Source: Methanocalculus sp.
Lineage (GTDB): Archaea > Halobacteriota > Methanomicrobia > Methanomicrobiales > Methanocorpusculaceae
Reading direction: 5' to 3' (one strand)
DNA length: 64,000 nucleotides
Assembly (NCBI RefSeq): GCF_013329165.1
Contig: NZ_DUKV01000039.1
Positions 57,981 to 64,000 of this stretch are shown here, piece after piece (positions within the stretch are counted from its first letter, which is position 1; each line of letters opens with the position of its first letter). Both the position numbers and the translations under genes were made by a program. The notes under the pieces are model-generated. The model ran no database searches, had not been told where the DNA came from, and saw only the letters and a list, made by a program, of their open reading frames with translations.

Positions 57981-59077
57981 CGCGCATTAACTTTGTGCAG
58001 GGGAATGATGCCTGTGCAGAAGGTGCAGTGGCGGCAGGATGCCGGTTCTTTGCAGGGTACCCGATCACTCCGTCATCCGAGGTTGCAGAGCAGATGGCCC
58101 GCCGCCTTCCAAAACTTGGAGGCACCTTCATCCAGATGGAGGATGAGCTTGCCAGCATGGCTGCGATCATCGGAGGAGCATGGACAGGTGTTCGGTCGAT
58201 GACAGCAACAAGTGGTCCCGGCTTCTCCCTGATGATGGAGAATATCGGGTATGCAGCATTCACCGAAACACCCTGTGTTGTCATTAATATCCAGCGCGGA
58301 GGCCCCTCAACCGGTCAGCCGACGATGGCTGCCCAGGGGGATATGCTTCAGGCCAGGTTCGGCTCGCATGGTGATTACAGCGTGATTGCTCTTGCCCCAT
58401 CGACAGTTCAGGAGATGTTTAACCTTACGGTGAAAGCATTCAACCTTGCAGATCGGTTCCGGGTTCCGGCCTTCCTGATGTCCGATGAGATCATCGGCCA
58501 TCTCCGGGAACGGGTGGAGTTCCCCGATGAGGTTGAATGTATCCCTCCAAAAACGATCAGGGAAGGTATGCTTCCGTTTGAACCAGAAGACGATCTCGTC
58601 CCCGGATTCACTCCGTTTGGCAAAGGGCACAGGGTCCATGTGACCGGACTTACCCATAACGAGAAAGGATATCCTGCATCCACCGATCCCGATCTCCACG
58701 AGAAGCTGGTGATGCGGCTTGTAGAGAAGGTCGAACGAGCACGTCATGAGATTGCAGATTATGATATTGTCAACCCTGAAGCGGAGATCGTTTTCATCTC
58801 CTATGGTGCACCGACACGTGCGGTTCGCCAGGCTCTCCTGGATGCACCCGGGAAATCGTATGGACATTTAAATCTCAGAACGGTCTGGCCATTCCCGGAA
58901 GGTCTCCTGAAGAAATTCACAAATGCACGAGTATTTCTGGTTCCTGAGATGAATCTCGGACAAATTGCACGTGAGATTCAGCGGCATGTCGATCAGCCGG
59001 TTATCCCGATTCCGCGGCTTGGAGGAGCACTCCATGTTCCGTCATATCTTCTGAAATCAGCGGAGGAACATGAATGA
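57977..59077 (+). CDS. korA: 2-oxoglutarate:ferredoxin oxidoreductase alpha subunit
   Basis: AGYPITPSSE, QMEDE, TATSGPGFSLM, QRGGPSTG. Confidence 0.88.
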   Translation: MTRINFVQGNDACAEGAVAAGCRFFAGYPITPSSEVAEQMARRLPKLGGTFIQMEDELASMAAIIGGAWTGVRSMTATSGPGFSLMMENIGYAAFTETPCVVINIQRGGPSTGQPTMAAQGDMLQARFGSHGDYSVIALAPSTVQEMFNLTVKAFNLADRFRVPAFLMSDEIIGHLRERVEFPDEVECIPPKTIREGMLPFEPEDDLVPGFTPFGKGHRVHVTGLTHNEKGYPASTDPDLHEKLVMRLVEKVERARHEIADYDIVNPEAEIVFISYGAPTRAVRQALLDAPGKSYGHLNLRTVWPFPEGLLKKFTNARVFLVPEMNLGQIAREIQRHVDQPVIPIPRLGGALHVPSYLLKSAEEHE

Positions 59078-59862
59078 GCGCTGAAGACTGGTTCAGGGAG
59101 GACCGCCTGCCTCATATCTTCTGTGCCGGATGTGGAAATGGCACCATCATCAACTGCACCCTTGAGGCAGTCGATTCTCTTGGTTGGAAGATCGATGATA
59201 CGGTCTTTGTATCCGGGATCGGCTGCTCGTCACGGGCGTCGGGATATATCAAAACCGACTCGCTCCATACCACGCATGGCAGAGCCATCCCCTTTGCAAC
59301 CGGTGTGAAGATGGCAAAAAAGGATTTCAATGTGGTCGTATTCAGCGGTGACGGGGATCTCTCGGCAATAGGAGGAAATCATTTCATCCACGCATGCCGC
59401 CGGAATATCGATATCACCGTCATCTGCATGAATAACCAGATTTACGGGATGACGGGCGGCCAGGGAAGCCCCTGTACGCCAAAGGGGGCCGTCTCAACAA
59501 CCACTCCCTATGGCATGGAGGAAAACCCCTTTGATCTCTGCGAACTGGCATCTGCTGCGGGTGCGAATTATGTGGCACGCTGGACATCGTATCACGTCAA
59601 AGAGCTGACACAGGCGATTAAGACCGGCCTTCAGAGACCGGGGCTCTCGTTTATTGAAGTCGTCGTCCAGTGCCCGACAAATTATGGCAGGCGGAACAGG
59701 CTCCGTGATGTGCAGTCGATGATATCGGCGATGAAGGATCATGCACTCCTGAAAGAGAAACGTGATCGTCTCCTCGCGGAAGGAAAACCGATCCCGGACG
59801 ATATGTTTGTTGTCGGAACACTGACAGATCGGAACCGCCCTGCGCTTGGGGTGAATGAATGA
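59074..59862 (+). CDS. korB: 2-oxoglutarate:ferredoxin oxidoreductase beta subunit
   Basis: FCAGCG, SGIGCS, HGRA, GDGD..AIGGNH, NNQIYGMTGGQ. Confidence 0.88.
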   Translation: MSAEDWFREDRLPHIFCAGCGNGTIINCTLEAVDSLGWKIDDTVFVSGIGCSSRASGYIKTDSLHTTHGRAIPFATGVKMAKKDFNVVVFSGDGDLSAIGGNHFIHACRRNIDITVICMNNQIYGMTGGQGSPCTPKGAVSTTTPYGMEENPFDLCELASAAGANYVARWTSYHVKELTQAIKTGLQRPGLSFIEVVVQCPTNYGRRNRLRDVQSMISAMKDHALLKEKRDRLLAEGKPIPDDMFVVGTLTDRNRPALGVNE

Positions 59863-60398
59863 AGTATGAAGTCTTATTCTCGGGATTTGGCGGCCAGGGA
59901 ATCATCCTCTCTGCCGTTATCCTCGGGCGGGCAGCAGCGATGTACGATGGGAAATATGCCGTCCAGTCCCAGAGTTACGGGCCGGAGGCGCGTGGCGGGG
60001 CATCTTCAAGCACGGTGATCATCAGCAGCGATCCGATCCAGTATCCAAAGGTTCTGCAGCCAAACCTCTATGTGATCATGTCTGAGGCGGGTTTTTTAAA
60101 GTTTGGTGCAGCAGCACCGGAATCTGCCCTGATGCTGGTCGATTCGGGACTGGTCCAGTCGCGGCCACGGTGCCGTTTCATAGAGATTCCGGCAACGATG
60201 CAGGCAAAAGAAGTGCTTGGAAAGCCGATTGTGGCCAATATTGTGATGCTCGGTGCTCTTGTTTCTGCAACCGGAATGGTCAGTTTCGAAGCGATGGAGC
60301 GGGCTGTCCTTGACAGCGTTCCAAAAGGGACCGAAGAGCTCAACATCCGGGCATTGAATCTGGGCCGTGATATCCTGCAGAAAGGAGGAGATGCATGA
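59859..60398 (+). CDS. korC: 2-oxoglutarate:ferredoxin oxidoreductase gamma subunit
   Basis: GFGGQG, YGPEARGG, NIVMLGAL. Confidence 0.88.
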   Translation: MKYEVLFSGFGGQGIILSAVILGRAAAMYDGKYAVQSQSYGPEARGGASSSTVIISSDPIQYPKVLQPNLYVIMSEAGFLKFGAAAPESALMLVDSGLVQSRPRCRFIEIPATMQAKEVLGKPIVANIVMLGALVSATGMVSFEAMERAVLDSVPKGTEELNIRALNLGRDILQKGGDA

Positions 60399-61483
60399 AA
60401 CTGCTTGAATACGAAGCAAAAAAGGTTTTTTCGACATTCGGAATCCCGATTCCCCCAAGCATCCTGATCACCAGTGCCAGAGAGGCATCGGCTGCCTGCA
60501 AAAAGATCGGCGGTTCGGCGGTGCTGAAAGCACAGGTCGATGTTGGTGGCAGGGGTAAAGCCGGGGGCATCCTGATGGCAACGGCAGATGATGCAGAAGC
60601 TGTTGCAACCGAACTCTTCCAAAAAAAGATTAAAGGCCTCCCGGTGAAAGAAGTGCTTGTGGAGGGACGGCTTCCAATTCAGAAAGAATATTTTGTATCA
60701 ATTGTCATTGACCGGAGCACCAGGTCCCCTGTGATCCTTTTTGCTGAATCTGGCGGTGTTGAGATTGAGGTGACCGCCGGGGAGCGGCCGGATGCGGTCA
60801 GGAGCGCACATGTTTCACCACTCTTCCAGGAAGTTCCCGGCTTTATTCTCAGGTATCTGACCCGTGGATGTGAGAAAGAGATTATGCCGGTTATCTCGTC
60901 GCTCTACCGTGCATTCCGTGAGAAAGATGCCCTTCTCGCAGAGATCAATCCACTTGTGGTCACCCCGTCCGGTGTTCTTGCAGCTGATGCAAAACTGATC
61001 ATCGATGATAATGCCCTTGCCAGGCAGGGGATCACCGGGAACCGTGATCTGACCGAACGCGAGGCCGAGGCAGAGTCGCATGGCTTCTCGTATGTTGAAC
61101 TGGACGGGTCGATTGGGGTGATCGGAAATGGTGCGGGCCTCACGATGGCAACCCTTGATCTCATTGCCCACCATAAAGGGGCCGCAGCCAATTTCCTTGA
61201 TGTCGGAGGTGGTGCCGGTTCGGATCGGGTCTTGCACGCTGTCAGGCTGGTTGCATCGGTTCCGACTGTGAAGGTGATCATTGTCAATCTGCTTGGCGGG
61301 ATTACCCGGTGTGATGAGGTGGCCCGTGGCATTATTGCAGCCGGGGTTTCACAGCAGGTGATCGTCAGGCTTGCAGGAACAAACGAAGCAGAAGGGCGGG
61401 CTCTCCTTGAGGGGGCAGGCTACCGGATGCTTGATACGATGGAAGAAGCAGTTGCAGCGGCTGTTCTGGAGGCATCATCATGA
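60395..61483 (+). CDS. sucC: Succinyl-CoA synthetase beta subunit
   Basis: MKLLEYEAK, GGRGKAGG, EINPL, GNGAGL.MAT.D, NFLDVGGG, GGITRCD. Confidence 0.93.
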   Translation: MKLLEYEAKKVFSTFGIPIPPSILITSAREASAACKKIGGSAVLKAQVDVGGRGKAGGILMATADDAEAVATELFQKKIKGLPVKEVLVEGRLPIQKEYFVSIVIDRSTRSPVILFAESGGVEIEVTAGERPDAVRSAHVSPLFQEVPGFILRYLTRGCEKEIMPVISSLYRAFREKDALLAEINPLVVTPSGVLAADAKLIIDDNALARQGITGNRDLTEREAEAESHGFSYVELDGSIGVIGNGAGLTMATLDLIAHHKGAAANFLDVGGGAGSDRVLHAVRLVASVPTVKVIIVNLLGGITRCDEVARGIIAAGVSQQVIVRLAGTNEAEGRALLEGAGYRMLDTMEEAVAAAVLEASS

Positions 61484-62355
61484 TCTACTGCGATAAACAG
61501 ACACGTATCCTTGTCCAGGGTGCAACCGGCAACCAGGGCGCCTTCCACATAGATCTGATGAACCAGTATGCCCGATCGGTCGGTGGTGCAGGCGTTGTTG
61601 CCGGGGTGACCCCCGGAAAAGGTGGCCGGGAAGTCCATGGTGTTCCGGTATATGATACCGTCCGGGAGGCGCAGGCTGCTCATGACACCGACGCGTCAGT
61701 CATCTTTGTCCCGGCAGGTGCTGCGGCAGACTCAATCATGGAGGCTGCCGATTCCGGGATTGGAACGATCGTTGCTATCACCGAGCATATCCCGGTGCAT
61801 GATGTGATGAGGGCAGTTGCCTATGCACGTTCATGTGGATCGGCCGTCATCGGTCCAAACTGCCCGGGTCTCCTCTCTCCGGGTGAATGCAGGCTTGGAA
61901 TCATGCCTTCTCCACTCTTTACACGTGGACCTGTCGGGGTCATTTCGCGGAGCGGAACCCTGACCTATGAGGTGGTTGATGAGCTCACCAGGGCTGGTAT
62001 CGGTCAGAGTACGGTCGTAGGGATCGGGGGCGATCCGGTGATAGGTGAAACCTTTGTTGATTGCATTGAGAAGTTTAGCAAAGATTCTTATACCAAAGCA
62101 GTCATCCTTATCGGTGAGGTTGGAGGTGCACTTGAGATTGAGGGAGCCGAAGCAGCACTCTCGCTCGATCTGCCATTGGTTGCATATATTGCAGGCGTCT
62201 CCGCTCCAAAAGAGAAGAGGATGGGTCACGCCGGAGCCATCATCGAAGGGGGTGAAGGTGATGCATTGTCAAAGATACAACGATTGGAGGCGATGGGAAT
62301 TACTGTTGTAGCACGCCCCTCCGAACTTCCCCAAAAAATAAGCGAACTGTTATGA
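61480..62355 (+). CDS. sucD: Succinyl-CoA synthetase alpha subunit
   Basis: VQGATG, GPNCPG, SRSGTLTYE, GIGGD, RMGHAGA. Confidence 0.95.
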   Translation: MIYCDKQTRILVQGATGNQGAFHIDLMNQYARSVGGAGVVAGVTPGKGGREVHGVPVYDTVREAQAAHDTDASVIFVPAGAAADSIMEAADSGIGTIVAITEHIPVHDVMRAVAYARSCGSAVIGPNCPGLLSPGECRLGIMPSPLFTRGPVGVISRSGTLTYEVVDELTRAGIGQSTVVGIGGDPVIGETFVDCIEKFSKDSYTKAVILIGEVGGALEIEGAEAALSLDLPLVAYIAGVSAPKEKRMGHAGAIIEGGEGDALSKIQRLEAMGITVVARPSELPQKISELL

Positions 62356-63158
62356 TCGCAGAGAAAGACCAGGTACTGATGGCGGCAGCAGCGGATCTTG
62401 CTCGTTCAGTTGATGCCATCGCCATACTTTCCTTCCTTGAATCGCAGCCTTTTGACTCTGATGTGCCGGTCATCTGGGTAAAGGAGTATCAGCCCGAGCT
62501 GATGATCAAAAAAAATATGCAGGAACTCCTGCTCTTCTGCGAACATCATATCCTTGATGCAGTTGTCCAGTATCATCTCAGAACCGAGGTTGCAAGCGGG
62601 AAGATCGTTGGTGTCTTTCCGTTTGCCATTCTCATTTATGATGTCGGGGAAGGGCGCGATTATCTTGATCTCGCCAGCTATGAGGATATTGTTCCATCTG
62701 ATATCCTCCATTCCGCGCTTGCTCTTGCACTTGAGATTGCGCATGAAGGAAGAGAAGGACGAAATATCGGCACCGCGTTTATCCTCGGGGATGGCTCATC
62801 CCTCCTTGCCCGTTCGCACCAGGCAATCCTGAATCCCTATGCAGGTCACCCCCTGTCCGTTTGTGATATCAGGAATCGTGAGAACTGGGAGAGCGTCAAG
62901 GAGTTTGCACAGCTTGATGGCGTCTTTATCATCACCAAAGAAGGGTACATCACCGCAGCAGGTCGCTATATCGATGCCGATTCGCGTGGAGTAAGCCTTC
63001 CTTCAGGGCTTGGCGGCCGCCATATGGCAACAGCTGCGATTACACGTGATGTGTCAGCTGTCGGAATTACCGTATCCGAGAGCGGCGGACTTGTCAGGGT
63101 CTTCCGTGATGGTGTCTGCCAGCTCACGCTAAGATCCGAGGTGGCGCTGACCAGATGA
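62352..63158 (+). CDS. dacZ: Diadenylate cyclase, archaeal DacZ type (DisA_N domain)
   Basis: EGREGRNIGTAF, EFAQLDGVFII, GLGGRHMATAAIT, VSES. Confidence 0.8.
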   Translation: MIAEKDQVLMAAAADLARSVDAIAILSFLESQPFDSDVPVIWVKEYQPELMIKKNMQELLLFCEHHILDAVVQYHLRTEVASGKIVGVFPFAILIYDVGEGRDYLDLASYEDIVPSDILHSALALALEIAHEGREGRNIGTAFILGDGSSLLARSHQAILNPYAGHPLSVCDIRNRENWESVKEFAQLDGVFIITKEGYITAAGRYIDADSRGVSLPSGLGGRHMATAAITRDVSAVGITVSESGGLVRVFRDGVCQLTLRSEVALTR

Positions 63159-63219
63159 ACACTGTTAAATCAAATCCAGTCTTTTTTTATATGCTGACAG
63201 AACCAAAATGAGGCTTCTC

Positions 63220-63999
63220 ATGAAACGCACTATCAACGTTGAATCACTCCGGCAGATGCCGATTGAAGAACAGGCTATTGAACTTGTTGAACGCAAATGT
63301 ATCGGGCACCCTGATAGTATCGCAGACGGAGTGGCAGAGGCCATCAGCCGCGCGCTCTGCCGTGAATATGAAAACCAGTGCGAAGCAGTCCTCCACCACA
63401 ACACCGATCAGGGTGAGGTTGTTGCCGGAGCCTCCCTCCCGTCATTTGGCGGTGGAAAGATCGTCCGGCCGATCTATCTCCTGCTGACAGGAAGAGCAAC
63501 AAAGTGTTTTGAGGGACGTGTCATCCCAACCGATGCAATAGCAGTTGAAGCAGCCAGGAAATACCTGAAGGAGACCCTTCCTACACTGAACATGGAACGG
63601 GATATTATTGTTGACTGCCGGATGGGTGACGGCTCCACTGATCTCTGTGATGTCTTCAAAACCTGTGGCGGCAACACTGTTCCCCGGGCAAATGACACCT
63701 CCTTTGGTGTCGGGCATGCACCGTTCTCTGAAGTTGAACAGATCGTGCTCGCAATGGATCAGGAGATTGCTTCTGTTCTCCGTCCGAAAAATCCGGCGAT
63801 CGGGTATGATATCAAGATCATGGGTCTTCGCCATGGTGATGAGATGACCTACACCATCGCATCAGCCATGGTCGACCGCTACTGTTCATCCATCGATGAT
63901 TATGTTGAGGTCATCGAGATCATGAAGGAAAGACTTGAGGCAGTTGCCCGGCGCCATACCAAACGGAAGGTCTCTGTTGCGGTCAATACCGCTGACGAT
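63220..63999 (+). CDS. mat: Archaeal S-adenosylmethionine synthetase; 5' part, runs off window end
   Basis: Manual translation MKRTINVESL...ELVERKCIGHPDSIADG...LHHNTD...ANDTSFGVG...DIKIMGLR. Confidence 0.93.
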   Translation, partial: MKRTINVESLRQMPIEEQAIELVERKCIGHPDSIADGVAEAISRALCREYENQCEAVLHHNTDQGEVVAGASLPSFGGGKIVRPIYLLLTGRATKCFEGRVIPTDAIAVEAARKYLKETLPTLNMERDIIVDCRMGDGSTDLCDVFKTCGGNTVPRANDTSFGVGHAPFSEVEQIVLAMDQEIASVLRPKNPAIGYDIKIMGLRHGDEMTYTIASAMVDRYCSSIDDYVEVIEIMKERLEAVARRHTKRKVSVAVNTADD

Positions 64000-64000
64000 A

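Overview
Chromosomal window of a hydrogenotrophic methanogen of the Methanomicrobiales type. This is an inference from the ftr-like gene, gatDE, archaeal mat, korDABC-sucCD, archaeal class III pilins and roughly 50-55% GC. Most of it is housekeeping: tsaC, uppS x2, polX, a DtxR-feoB operon, dph5/dph6, hisE, a nusA paralogue, gatDE, argH, rpl10e, fumarate hydratase-kor-suc, dacZ and mat, plus three tRNAs (Thr-CGT, Gly-CCC, Thr-TGT). Accessory segments are: (1) a defence islet at the 3' side of tRNA-Thr(CGT), with a type IIG restriction-modification gene, an ATPase-wHTH-PD-(D/E)XK gene, a decayed copy of that gene's 5' end and an antitoxin stub; (2) a pilin/adhesin cluster with a 1075-aa multidomain pilin, a pilin with a sharply AT-rich C-terminal cassette, a repeat-expanded signal peptide and a pilin-like remnant; (3) a Mo/W locus (MOT1-like transporter, GntR-like regulator, TiaS-N-like enzyme, single-subunit MoSto homologue, tupABC); (4) a decayed islet at the 3' side of tRNA-Thr(TGT), with a HicA relic, a solo CARF-wHTH regulator with a perfect palindrome, a CPBP/Abi protease and a histidine-kinase pseudogene. 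Also seen: a shared 23-bp palindrome upstream of two secreted-protein genes, a triple frame-restoring lesion in a radical SAM gene, a catalytically degenerate KaiC-like pair fused or linked to an MglA-like GTPase, and a circularly permuted ABC binding protein. No CRISPR array, rRNA, integrase or transposase was found. All family assignments are by-eye motif recognition; no database was searched.
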